DNA of 64,000 bases from Octopus sinensis. Its lineage: Eukaryota. The stretch is taken from assembly GCF_006345805.1 (NCBI RefSeq), contig NC_042998.1, forward strand, positions 13,950,001-14,014,000, written 5' to 3'. A model generated the notes under the pieces. The model was not told where the DNA came from and did no database searches. It was given only the letters and a program-made list of their open reading frames with translations. The stretch's first letter is position 1, and each line of letters begins with the position of its first letter. A program made the translations under genes and the position numbers. Positions 42,016 to 54,996 of the stretch are shown here, piece by piece.

Positions 42016-42313
42016 TATACAAATACTTTTATTACAAATTGTATAAGTAAAAACAGATACATAACTAACACACTGTTTATGTGTATATATCTGTGTTAGC
42101 CTCGATCGAACAGACAAATGGTTAAGATCTAATTAACTATGACTATTCCGTATTCTAGCATGACAATCATTGCATTGGCTGATATTTATCTATTCTTTAT
42201 TTCTTATTTAAGGGTAAAATTATGTGATTCGAGTGAGATTTTACCGGTGATTCTAAATGGAGCAGTACCTATATAGCAGCCTCTTCGTACATTTGTATAT
42301 ATGTATGTATGTA

Positions 42314-42397
<84 letters not shown>

Positions 42398-42400
<3 letters not shown>

Positions 42401-42599
42401 AGAGCTTACGAAAAAAGCAAAAGATGAAGACAGGTGGTGTACAAAACAAACAGATGTGTTAGTATAACGCTCAGGAATAGAAAAGGTCTTTTTCGTTTCG
42501 AGCCTACGCTCTTCTACAGAAAGGGATGCAGAAAAAGAAAACAAGGAGAGAAACAAAGAGAGAAAAAATGCATGTAGTGGCTAACGATCTATCATGGCG
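42398..42599 (-). mobile_element. pLTR-like element with a degenerate hammerhead
   Basis: Minus strand CTGTAGA-A-GAGC(gtag)GCTC-GAAA-CG followed by TTCCTGAGCGT, as at 3918-3977; adjacent to a long (TA)n. Confidence 0.55.
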
Positions 42600-43157
42600 C
42601 TGATATATATATGACTTTCTTAGGTAACACTTACTTCTTTCCAGTTTAAATATTATTGTTCTGATTATTATAATCATAGTATTCTCAATGAAACACGTGA
42701 AGCAATACAGTGAGATATCATAAAAAGATATCGTGTGAGTCTCTCTGCGCCCTTATTCCCCATTCATTGTCTCATTTATATTTTACATTATGTCTACCAA
42801 TAGCACAACCTGCAGGCATGGCATTTCCCGTTCGTCGAAAAGAGCTGTAAAAAGTACTTGCAGACCGCAACCAGCCTAAAGGAGGAGATTCCCCATTCTC
42901 TATTTTGTTCCGTAAGATTTGCGAACCTGAGCGAAGTAAGGGAGATAATTCGTCCCGTTTAAGGCTCAAACAGTGTATATAATTCTTTGTTTACAAATTA
43001 ACTGTTTTCTACCTTCAGTTTTAAGAGAGATTATATGCCTTGGCCTTTAGAGTTTCACGAGTCGTCTATAAATCTAAGCGCTTTGTGGATGCAATATCAT
43101 TAGACACTCTGACCGGACACATATTCATCTTCATGTTGATACATACATATATATATA

Positions 43158-43410
43158 CCAGTCTTTGCTCTTCTCTCTTTGTGGTAGCCCATGTTTCACT
43201 ACCATATAACATTGCAGGCAGAACTGTACTGTTAATGAGGTTGGCGCGGGTGGTCCTGTCTAACCTTCCCTTGAACACTTCTCTTATGCCATTGAACGCC
43301 TTCCATCCGGCCCTTACTCTCCGTGAGATCTCCTTTTTGATATCCCGGCACATATTTACTTCCTGTCCCAGGTAGACATATTCTCTCACCTCCTCTATTT
43401 CATCACTGGA
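43158..43410 (-). mobile_element. RTE-clade LINE fragment, C-terminal part of the reverse transcriptase
   Basis: EIEEVREYVYLGQEV...EISRRVRAGWKAF...VLPAMLYGSETW: typical RTE RT domain-7/thumb motifs in an open frame. Confidence 0.9.
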
Positions 43411-43556
43411 CGTCATTGGACTTGTTGTCGTCTGTCACAGTCTTCATATTCCTCCATGGTCTCTCTCTCTCTTCTCCCTGGCTGTCCTTCTTCCTCCTCT
43501 ACTCTAATGTAGTGTAGTAAACTCTATATTGCTTCCAACACCAGTAACATCTCTCC

Positions 43557-44924
43557 AGACCGTCGCTGCTACACAGAAAAGCCACCGACAAGCATAAACA
43601 ACCTTTTTATTTCCTTGGTCTTCATCGCTTCTTATTATGGACATTCGGATTATCACCACTTAACCTCTTCCACCGATGTTTTTATTTCATCCATTCATGG
43701 CTTACGCATTCTGAACACAAACACGTCCTTCTCTAAGCCCACACGCCCATATACAACACCACCAGACAAAATACCCAAGCAAAATATATAAATATATATA
43801 ATATCAATACATACCCACACACTCCAGGTTAAAGATACAAGCCACCAGTCACGCACACTTGTCCGAATATTTCACGATATTTCACTATTACATACACGCA
43901 CCCACACAACATACAAATAATATATCTACGTATTCCTAAGGCGTACAGTTCTCCCATTGAGGAGGCACCATGGCCAACAGTGGCCTTGTTGGAGGCCATG
44001 GAAGTGCGTCTCATAACTATTCTTTCAAGATTGTGTTGTTAGGCGAGGGTTGTGTGGGCAAAACCTCTTTGATTCTTCGTTACGTTGAGAACAAATTTAA
44101 CGACAAACACTTCTCGACATTACAGGCTTCTTGTCTAAATAAAAAAATCAACATTGGTGGCTAACGAGTGAATTTATCTCTTTGGGACACTGCTGGTCAA
44201 GAGAGATTCCATGTTCTAGGACCCATATATTACAGAGACAGCAATGGCGCTATATTGGTATACGATATCACTGACATAGACTCGTTCCAAAAGGTTAAAA
44301 ACTGGGTGAAGAACTTCGCAAAATGCTAGGGAATGACATCTGTTTGTATATTGCCGGTAATAAAATAGACTTAGAAAAAGAACGGCATGTGTCTGTGTCC
44401 GATGCAGGAAGTTATGCAGAGTCTGTGGGTGCCAAACATTTCCATACTTCTGCCAAGCTGAACAAAGGAACTGAAGAACTCTTTTTAGACCTCAGCAAAT
44501 GTATGATTGAAAAAGCTGACAGTAATTGTCAAAACAAAAGAGGAACAAACAACAGGAAGACGTGATGGTCGCGGAAGATGAGAGCGGCAGAGCGGAAGTC
44601 GAGTGGCTGCTGTTAAAAATAAAAGAACAAAAAAAAACAAAAAAGGAAAAAAGAAACAAAAAAAAGTGTATGTGGAGGTGTGTCCTGAGTTATGTTGCTG
44701 CTACTGCTGTTGTCTTCCCTGTTCTTTCAGGGGGGGGGTGAAGAAATAAAAAAAGAAAGAGTGAGAGACAGTTGTGGCGAAAGAGTACAACAGAATAGAA
44801 TAGACCGTCGCTGCTACACAGAAAAGCCACCGACAAGCATAAACAACCTGTTTATTTCCTTGCTCTTCATCGCTTCTTATTATGGCCATTCCGATTATCA
44901 CCACTTAACCTCTTCCACCGATGT
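43557..44924 (+). repeat. 123-bp direct repeat pair (43557-43679, 44802-44924) bracketing the Rab21 retrocopy
   Basis: AGACCGTCGCTGCTACACAG...CTTCCACCGATGT occurs twice with 4 mismatches. Confidence 0.92.
43970..44616 (+). pseudogene. RAB21: Processed pseudogene of the small GTPase Rab21
   Basis: Intronless. Motifs: FKIVLLGEGCVGKTSL, RYVENKFNDKH, TLQAS, WDTAGQERFH.LGPIYYRDSNGA, GNKIDLE, HFHTSAK, terminal SSGCC*. Lesions: premature TAA at 44162-44164, a frameshift near 44310 and two apparent frameshifts near 44560 and 44595. Confidence 0.93.
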
Positions 44925-44963
44925 GTAGCAGGACCACCAATATAGCGATATATATATAAATAT

Positions 44964-45169
<206 letters not shown>

Positions 45170-45172
45170 GTG

Positions 45173-45486
45173 AGGGCGCGTGGCTTAGTGGTTAGGGCAT
45201 TCGGCTCATGATCGTAAGGTTGTGAGTTCGATTCCCGGCGACGCGTTGTGTCCTTGAGCAAGACACTTTATTTCACGTTGCTCAGTCCACTCAGCTGGCA
45301 AAAATGATTTGTACTTGTATTTCAAAGGGTCAGCCTTGTCACTCTCTGTGTCACGCTGATTATCCCCGAGAACTACGTTAAGGTACACGTGTCTGTGGAA
45401 TGCTCAGCCATTTGCACGTTAATTCACGAGCAAGCTGTCCGTTGATCGTATCAGCTGGGACCCTCGTCGTCGTAACCGGCGGAGTC
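45173..45486 (+). mobile_element. SINE (head H1, tail T2)
   Basis: GGCGCGTGGCTTAGTGGTTAGGG, B-box GAGTTCGATTCCC, CCTTGAGCAAGACACTT; the 3' half matches the family C tail. Confidence 0.85.
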
Positions 45487-45533
45487 TTTTGATATATAAT
45501 ATAATATATATATATATATATTATACGATATGT

Positions 45534-45834
45534 GGAGGTGCACTGGCCTAGCCGTTAGGGCAGCGGACTCGCGGTTTCTATTCCCAGACTGGGCGTTGTG
45601 AGTGTTTATTGAGCGAAATCACCTAAATCTCCACGAGGTTCCGGCAGGGAGTGGTGGAGATCCCTGTTGTAACTCTTTCGCCACAACTGTCTCTCACTCT
45701 TTCTTCTGTTGGCCTGCTCACTTAGCCAGCGGGGTGGCGTCCTCTGAAGGCTAAAACAATGCGAAGCGCATTGTGACCAGCGATGTGTAGCAACATCTGA
45801 TAGTTTGGTCGGTCACGGTGACAGTCACGGTGAT
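45534..45834 (+). mobile_element. SINE (head H2) with RTE-like 3' tail
   Basis: Head as in family C; ends TGTGACCAGCGATGTG...TGGTCGGTCACGGTGACAGTCACGGTGAT, similar to the putative RTE 3' end at 52936-53001 (minus strand). Confidence 0.8.
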
Positions 45835-45848
45835 GTATACATATATAG

Positions 45849-45911
<63 letters not shown>

Positions 45912-45932
45912 TAGATAGATAGATAGATATAG

Positions 45933-45968
<36 letters not shown>

Positions 45969-46905
45969 AAGAAAGGCATATACTTATAAGCGTATCTATG
46001 TATGTATGCATGTATGTATATTTGTCTGTAGGTATGCATGTTGCAATGGATGGTGAATAGTTAGCATGCCATATTTTACTAGGAGGTTATAGGAAGAGAT
46101 TTCCAGTTACACTTTAAGAGATAAATAAAGAGTAAAGAGTTGATGTAGAAATATGATTACAATGATGGCATTATCGAAAACCACTACACGAAAACAACCA
46201 CCTATTTTAACCATCCCACGTAAATTCGCAAGAATGGATGTATATATTTGCCATGCAGTTTTCTGATCTATTTCCTATTCCACTAGCCTAGACGTTAATC
46301 CAACATAATAATCATAAAAATGACAGACTAATCCGTTTCTCTTGTAGCGTTCAACTTAACATTGAAAGATACATCTGCCAAAACGGATAAATCTCATTTG
46401 ATCATTCCTCATCGGCATAGTGACCAATTTTAGAAAACGTAGCGCATTTAATCTGAACAAGCCAGTCACGTGTGATATAATGTAAACGACGAAGGAAAGG
46501 TAGTGGAGATATGGGAGACGATATAGTTCAATAGCTGAAAGTAAAGATACAATTTCGGTATCAAAATATTCTTGCCTCGAATGATTTTAGATTTATAACA
46601 CACTAAATTTATTTTAGTATAGCAGTTAAGAATAAATACTCAATACCTAACATGTTATTGCAATCACATTCATCAGGAAAGGTAAAGACAGCTTTCAGAC
46701 GTTCACTGTTTATTCTTAGCGGTAAAATTCCATTTTCTGCCCACACATTTAACTGTTAATTCCTCGCTTCATTTTAAGCCAATGAATTTTAACTGCAAAG
46801 CACCATCTCATTTCGGCGCTGGATTTAACTACTTACAATCATACAACCATAAAAATCTACATAACCAGCATTTTCTCCCCCCCCCACAGACACACACAAC
46901 CTCTC

Positions 46906-46973
<68 letters not shown>

Positions 46974-47011
46974 ATATACTATATATATATATATAGAGAG
47001 AGAGAGAGATT

Positions 47012-47150
<139 letters not shown>

Positions 47151-47204
47151 TTTATATATATACATATATATATATATACGTATATATATATGTGTATATA
47201 TATA

Positions 47205-47270
<66 letters not shown>

Positions 47271-47274
47271 TATG

Positions 47275-47540
47275 CTGCCTGTGTGTCTATGCATACCTTT
47301 CCTTTCAATGTATTCCAGAAGGTTTGCAAATTTAACGGAGGTCTCAAAAGACATTTTAAGATACACAAATATCAGAAATTATCTGCATCTCTTGGTCGTC
47401 CGAATCGGATATGCAATCTATGTGTATATCTTTACAAAACAATGTCTGGTTTAAAAAGCCACATCAGATGCCATGATGGTTCTAAGGTGTCGGTACAGGA
47501 GGTGGTCAAACTCTGCACAAGGAGTAGACAACCACCACCA
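47275..47540 (+). mobile_element. Probable LINE (RTE/BovB-like) 3' end with two degenerate C2H2 zinc-finger motifs
   Basis: [23 protein letters not shown] and [21 protein letters not shown], followed by a short tail; isolated between TA tracts. Confidence 0.6.
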
Positions 47541-50500
47541 TATATACATATATATATATACATATGTGTGTTTGTGTGTATGTAAATGTGTGTCTTTAAG
47601 TGTGTATATATATATGTGTGTGTTTTTATGTGTGTATGTGTGTGTGTTTCTGCGCATATATGTATGTGCAGGCGAGTGTACGCATGGGAATATATATATG
47701 TATGGAGAGATTGATTCCTATATAGATACAGTTAACACAACATTCTTACCTAGCATCAGGAAGCAATCTAGGAAAAGTATGTCAACGACTTTACGAAATT
47801 TTGTTACTGTCTGAAATTGTAGAAATTGTCTACATTTTATCATCATGTTAACTAAAACTGAAGTTATTTATATTTATATTTAGAGTAGGATTGGTATATA
47901 TATAGTACTTCACTGGCCGCTGTCTATAGAATAATGGATGTTCTTTAGTTTTTATGAGGAATCAGCAACAAGCGTCCATTCCAAAGAAAGTATTCACAGA
48001 GATGTTTAAAGTAGTTTACTGATAGAAGTCATATGAGAGAAACATATTACACTTATACAAACGGAAAACCGACTGAGACAATGTTTTATACAAGCAATGA
48101 AGTGGTTGAAATAAACAAAAGTACATCAAGGTAGAAGTAGATAATATAAAAGACTTACGTATTAAAGAACAGAAAAGAAATTTATGTGAGTAACAGAATT
48201 CGGAAAACCAGCGACTCACATAAAGTAAATCTATCTAAATGATTGAGCAAACATATGATATAAAGTAAGCAGATGTTCATAGGAATCGTTTAATTTGATA
48301 GAATAAACAGACAGTATCCTCTAAATGCATTATACATAATAGATAAATTGTATAGTATAAGTAGAATGTGAGCTACAAAATTATTATAATCTAAGACCTA
48401 TTTATTATACAAGTCTGTGAATATCAAGGAATTGTATTATAAAGTTCAAATAGAATGAACTATTGGATTACAAACGCTATCCAAAAATTCTGTTTTGATG
48501 CCAATATAAATGTTCAAATTGCGATTATCTATGCGCTGAGCATCTAATAACAGATTTCCAAACATCGTACACAATTCTGCTTGAGAGGACAGCGCTGTCC
48601 GGTTCATGATATTCTTGACACAGATATTTACTTGGAAGTCGATCAAAAATTGAATGCAGTCACACATCGAGATAATGTTAACATTGTCTGGTCTCGACAA
48701 TTTGGCATTTCATGTCTCAATTGGGGATACATTATTTGGACACAAATCTGACGATCATGGCAATAATTCACATAAGGTCAGTATCGATATATTTAACATA
48801 CAAGGCAAAAATTGATCAAAATTCTTTCTAGTAGTTCTAGTACATTCTTCAAATAGATAAAGGCGTAGAATCTGTCAAGTTACGTTTCATTATATTTTTA
48901 ACTTCCTCTTCAGCCTAAAGATAGTCAAACAATATCTCTCTTTGAACATATGTGCATTCTATTTAATCTTCTCTTCTTAATCGTTTCTCTTTTCTGCTGT
49001 CACTTTAATTTCTCTTGTGAGAAACATATTAGAATAGTTCCGTTTGTAAGGCGTCCGGTTGAAGAGAAATGAAATCCAGTTTTATCCCAGTTGGCAGCTG
49101 GAATTTCTTTCTTGTCATCTATCAGGTTTCACCTAATGATTTGTAAAAGTAAAACTAAATATATATTCCGGAATTTTTACTTTTAATCCAGATGCCTCTG
49201 GATATAATACATCTACTGTCTCACTTATAAGCCTGTGTGGCGGAGATAAATCAAATGAGTTTTCTTCTAGTAGAAATACGGTTTCGAAACGCACTAAATA
49301 AAAATGACATTTGTGACAGAAAATATCAGTTTTTCATATTACAAGTAGAGTAAAATCAGATCAGATCCGAAAAGAAGGCTGCAGAAATACATTAATTATA
49401 AGCGATGGTTAATTTTTCTAATTTTATACTCACTGAATTTACTCATGTATTATAATGTCCAAAGCAAGCCGGCGTTACTGGGACGATGGAAAGAACACCA
49501 AGGAGTGTTGAAAAAAAAAGTGGGGCTATAATGGGGAGGGGCAAAAAAAACAACAAAATGACTTAATTACGTTAAGTTTTAGTTGTGAAATACAGTTGTT
49601 TTGAATACTCAACTGATGTATGTGGTGGTGTCGGTGGTGGAATGCTAGGGATGGGGGCTGCGTGCCAAGGGACACCAATCGGAAAAAAAATTGGGGATCC
49701 ACAGCATTATACTCTTTAAAACTGAAAATAAAGATATTTTTGAACTGAAAAATTATATAACATCTAAATTCAATGTTATGAAAATGAGTCATTACATATC
49801 TATCCCAAATTAATATTTTACTAAAATGAAATTTCCCTAAGAATAATTGCTATACCCAACCTTTTATAATGTAGCTACGCTTCTGATGACTTTTGAACAA
49901 CCTCGCACAAATCCCCACTCTAGGACAATGGCCTTAATACGTTGTCAAAAAGGCAAAAGCCAGCTACCAGATATTAATAATGTCAACTATAAAAGCATTA
50001 ATGCGTATGTGAATACTGCTCAACCAAGTAGATCGTCAGGTAAATAAGCGCTAGACATGAAATTAAGTTTTGCAATCATCCTGCCATATCATACTGTCGA
50101 AAGTTCTAGAAGTTTTACTGAATGGCATAAAATAAGATTGGAAGAGTAAACTCCCGAACAGAACAAGATCATGTTCTAACAAGAATTCTGTCAGTTTTTG
50201 TGATACGATGTTCTCGTTCTTTCTACTTATTCGAACCTTACGGACCACGAATTAATTATTTTCATATAATAACTAAATTATTTCATACAATGAGTACCAT
50301 CAACAATAAAAGTCACTGAAATAATGATTACACGCATATAAATACAAATGTTCCGAATACTAAAGGATATGGAAACATATATTATTATTTGTGTAATCAT
50401 TCCTGCTTTAACACAGCCGGCCAACCTATACTAGCAACGACAAATTAATGACTAAGACCAACTAAAATGATTACGCCCTAAAACATGTAATGATATAATA

Positions 50501-50547
50501 ATGTCTACTATTGGGATGTAAAATACATTGACTATATACTCTATACA

Positions 50548-50979
50548 CTTTTACTTGTTTCAGTCATTTGACTGTGGCCATGCTGGAGCACCACCTTTAG
50601 TCGAGCAAATCGACCCCAGGACTTATTCTTCGTAAGCCTAGTACTTATTATCTCGGTCTCTTTTACCGAACCGCTAAGTTACGGGGACGTAAACACACCA
50701 TCATCGGTTGTCAAGTAATGTTGCGGGCCAAAGACAGACAAATAAACATGCACGCACACACACACATACACACACACACACACACCATATATATATATAT
50801 ATATACACACACACATACTTATATACGACGGGCTTTCAGTTTCCGTCGACCAATCCACTCACAAGGCCTTGGTCGGCCCGAGGCTATAGTAGAAGACACT
50901 TGCCCAAGGTGCCACGCAGTGGGACTGAACCTGGAACCATGTGTTTGATAAGCAATCAACTTACCACACAGCCACTCCT
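50548..50979 (-). mobile_element. SINE family B, near full length
   Basis: Homologous to 5912-6325. Confidence 0.9.
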
Positions 50980-51498
50980 ACATTTAACTTCAGTACTAAA
51001 TTAAAGGAGATTATCTTCTTTTTTTCAAATGAAGTGAAAACATAAAAAAATATTTTAGTGCGAATAGCATTCGGTTAATTAGAATATGTTCCTAATTCCT
51101 GTCATTCATAGATCTGTGAGATAACACCAAATAAAATATCGTATATCTTTAATACAAAGTGAGGAGCATTCAATAAATATATAGATGAAGGTTTCATATT
51201 TCTTTACTCACATAACAATCCCAGGTTTGTCAACGCTGATTGTATCTTTTGGTTTTTAGTTTTATATTGTGCACTCTAGTAATATGTTGTTGGGGGAAAC
51301 AATAGGTTTTAACAGAAATACAAAAGGCTATTGTAAAATCTTTACAGATATAAATAATTTAAGCTCCAAAACTCTTTTGCATTGAAAGAGCTACAAATGA
51401 TTACGCCAGCTGGCATTGAACAAGCAATCGCAGCATTAATTATTCATACTTTCTACGCTAGTGTACCTCACGTACTTGAGATCAGACTAAGTCTATAA

Positions 51499-52070
51499 GG
51501 CGGTGAGCTGGCAGAAACTTTAGCATGCCGGGCGAAATGCTTACCGGTATTTCGTCTGCTGTTACGTTCTAAGTTCAAATTCCGCCAAAGTCGACTTTGC
51601 CTTTCATCCTTTCGGGGTCGATAAATTAAGTACCAGTTACGCACTGGGGTCGATACAATCGACTTAATCCGTTTGTCTGTCATTCTTTGTCCTCTCTGTG
51701 TTTAGCCCCTTGTGGGTACTAAAGAAATAGGTATTTCATCTGCCATTACGTCCTGAGTTCAAATTCCGCCGAGGTCGATTTTGCCTTTCATCCTTTCGGG
51801 GTCGATAAATAAAGTTTGTCCTTGTTTGTCCCCTCTTTGTGTAGCCCCTTGTAGGCAATAAGGAAATAAGAAATTTTAGCAAGCCGGGCGAAATGCCTAG
51901 CGGTATTTCGTCTGCCTTTAACATTCTGAGTTCAAATTCTGCCGAAGCTGACTTTGTTGTTCATCACTTTGGGCTCGATAAATTAAGTACCAGTTGCGTG
52001 CTGGGGTCGATCTAATCAAGTGGTCCCCTTTCCAAAAATGTCGGGCCTTGTGCCTAGTGTAGAAAAGAAC
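51499..52070 (+). mobile_element. Tandem multimer of SINE family A
   Basis: Full unit, head-truncated unit from about 51730, and a third unit from about 51870 with the variant tail. Confidence 0.85.
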
Positions 52071-52935
52071 ATACTACGTCCGCATAGCTATTTGTAGAAA
52101 CCACTATATGATACATTTTTACTCGCTCAAACAAAAATTAGTACTGCAAAATTGATTAAATTTTAAAGCATTGCTAATTTGAATACTAATTAAACATTCT
52201 GTTATGAAAGATCATTATGATAAATGTGATCCCTCAACACAAAATATTTTTTTCCGTCCCTTTAATACTACAGACAGGGAAATTTCGTATAAGAAAGAAT
52301 GCTCACGGTTTGAGAAAAACACTGAATTCAGTCTCCTTAAATGTTTTTATTTTGCAAAGATTTTGCTGTAACTGAAAGCTTCCAGGATGTGAAAGGATTA
52401 AATTATGTCCCTTCATGAAGTTCCTGTTTCATGATGAAATTGCTACAATTGAAAGAGAGTTTAGATTTCATGCAATACTGGTTTTGCTTAATAGCTTGTG
52501 TTCTTTAGCTTTAGCTTTCTATGTTTAGATTGATCGAGCCAGAAATTTCCGCCACGAAACAAGAATATTCCATTTCATTTAAACCGTATTCATTATATAA
52601 CATGTTCTCTTTAACTAAACTCAGTAGGTAGTTAAATGTAATGTTAGCTAATAAGTTAAACAATATGGATGCATGTACAGATGTTCTTTGTGAAACGTTA
52701 AGCTTTTACTGTGTTAAATGTAGAAAACGCATTTATTGTAACTTAAGGTTAGTTACAATTCAATATGCATTAGAAGACATGACATCAAATAATGATTCAA
52801 GAGTTACGCTCCTGGAGTGTTTGGTTTCTAGTCTTGGTTTCTACAATTATATTCCATACACTAAAAACGTGCGTTGAAATCTTATGAATATGATGGAATA
52901 ATCTTTTTCCCCTGATCTAAACATATTGGTTATAT

Positions 52936-53260
52936 CACCTTGATCACCTTGACCGACCAGTCTGTCAGGCGTCCATTTGACACCGCTGGTCACAGCACGG
53001 TGTCCATTCCTCTGTCTCATGTATACAAGCTGTTCACGAAGATAATTCTGAACAGGTTATCACGTCGTCTCGACGAACAACAACCGAGGGAACAAGCAGG
53101 CTTCCGGAAGAACTACAGCACGATGGACCATATATTTACTCTAACGCAACTGCTTGAGCGAGCAAATGAGTACAAGCTGCCTCATTGCGTTGCGTTTATA
53201 GATTATGAGAAGGCCTTCGATAGCGTCGAAACCAACGCAGTGCTGAACTCGCTGCAGAGG
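52936..53260. mobile_element. Truncated RTE LINE with internal inversion, flanked by a 14-bp TSD
   Basis: The plus strand encodes RT motifs LSHVYKLFTKII..RL...EQAGFR..ST.DHIF...AFIDYEKAFDSVE. On the minus strand 52936-53001 reads as a 3' end with a CAAGGTGAT tandem tail. TSD CATATTGGTTATAT at 52922-52935 and 53261-53274. Confidence 0.88.
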
Positions 53261-53695
53261 CATATTGGTTATATACTGAGTAAAAACAATTTAATATGAA
53301 TTCTATAGATCTCAGTCGGAAATAAAATAGCAGGATCCAAAGAGTGTCTTGCAAAGTGTATTCTTGGCGTTGTATGAATATATATGTTTACATGTTTGTG
53401 TGTATGTTTGTATGTGTTTGTCTGTGCACGTGCGTGCGTGTGTATTGGACAGGGATAGCCAAAATATAGCTTAAACGCTTGATTACCAAAAAGTTCTAAT
53501 AGCTGTTTTTTGTGCCACATAACGTTGTTTGGTATATTATCACAATTCATTTTATTTACTCCTGTTTGGAGTGTTTCCCTTGTAACTGAATTGACAGATT
53601 CGCTCTGCTGAAGAGAATTGCAATATAATGTCTCTGCAAAATTGATACCAGTAACGCTTATAAATCTTTGAACCGATGCCCTAAACCTAAATACT

Positions 53696-54114
53696 ACTCT
53701 TTTACTATTTTCTCTTTTACTCTTTTACTTGTTTCAGTCATTTGACTGCAGCCATGCTGGAGCACCGCTTTTAGTCGAGCAAATCAACTCCGGGACTTAT
53801 TCTTTGTAAGCCCAGTACTTATTCTATCGTCACTTTTGCCGAACCGCTAAGTGACGGGGACGTAAACACACCAGCATCGGTTGTCAAGCAATGCTAGGGG
53901 GACAAACACAGACACACAAACATATACACACACACTTATATGTATATACATATATACGACAGGCTTCTTTCAGTTTCCGTCTACCAAATCCACTCACAAG
54001 GCATTGGTCGGCCCGGGGCTATAGCAGAAGACACTTGCCCAAGATGCCGGGCAGTGGGACTGAACCCGAAACTATGTGATTGGTTTGCAAGCTACTTACC
54101 ACACAGCCACTCCT
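53696..54114 (-). mobile_element. SINE family B, near full length
   Basis: Homologous to 5912-6325, with an (AAAAGAGT)n tail. Confidence 0.9.
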
Positions 54115-54996
54115 GATTAGAATTATTTGAAATCGGCATTTCCAATTCTGATGAAATTAAAGATTTGTGGATAACTAATTGTTTAATTTGTTGATGTGTT
54201 GTATCAATCGTTGTATCAATGTATCAACCTACTTCTCATTTTCCTCAAACTTATATAACCTTTAAATTTAAATCTCCGTGCCTCATCTATGGCGATATAC
54301 TTCTTACATAACAGTTCTCGCTCAAATTATACTTAACTCTTTTAAAATTAGATTATTTTTCGATCAAGTTTTCTCTTTATATCGGTATGTGTATAATTGG
54401 CCATAGCAAGCTTCTCTTTCCTTTTATGTTTTAGGGAAACTGTGCTTCCTATGCATGCAGGCTCCCCTCTCCACTCCGCGCAGAAATATCGCTATCTTAG
54501 CATAAAAAAAGCATGGCGCTAGTGCCGTTACAACCGTTACATTCCGTAGGAGCCAGAACAGGTATAGCAATGTACTGATGCGTAAGGAATCTTTGCTCCT
54601 CAAATGCACCATTATCGACGGGTACTTTTTTTCCGCTTCTCAAATATTTATGGCAAAGCTGATCAAGATATGATTTTAATTTGGAGGGAAAGGATTCGGA
54701 AGATATACAGCAAGGTATTCTACACAATTCAAACGAATTCCCTATATCGCTGTCTTACAGGGGTAGAAAACATGTCTCTCCATTATACTTTTAAAAAGAC
54801 AGGATGATTATGGTGGCAACACTTTTCCTAATATCATCTTGATGAAGCGGGGTATGTGTGTAAGCAATAACAAGGGAAGTAGTAGCAGCAGCAGTAGCAA
54901 CAAGAAGAAAGACAGTGACCTGTCGGTGTGATTTGTTCTTGAACAAAATATTTTCATTTCACGTCTCAGCAGCCGATAAAACACTAAATACATATA

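Noticed and set aside
43970-44616. Functional Rab21 gene or recoding (readthrough/frameshift)
   Set aside because: One in-frame stop, about three frameshifts and no introns; simple decay is more parsimonious, although sequencing indel errors could explain some of the lesions.
45173-45245. Genuine tRNA genes at SINE heads
   Set aside because: A and B boxes are present but run into SINE bodies without a clean acceptor stem or terminator.
48446-48780. Possible ancient LINE RT remnant on the minus strand
   Set aside because: Only a vague resemblance to RTE motifs; needs TBLASTN or HMM confirmation.
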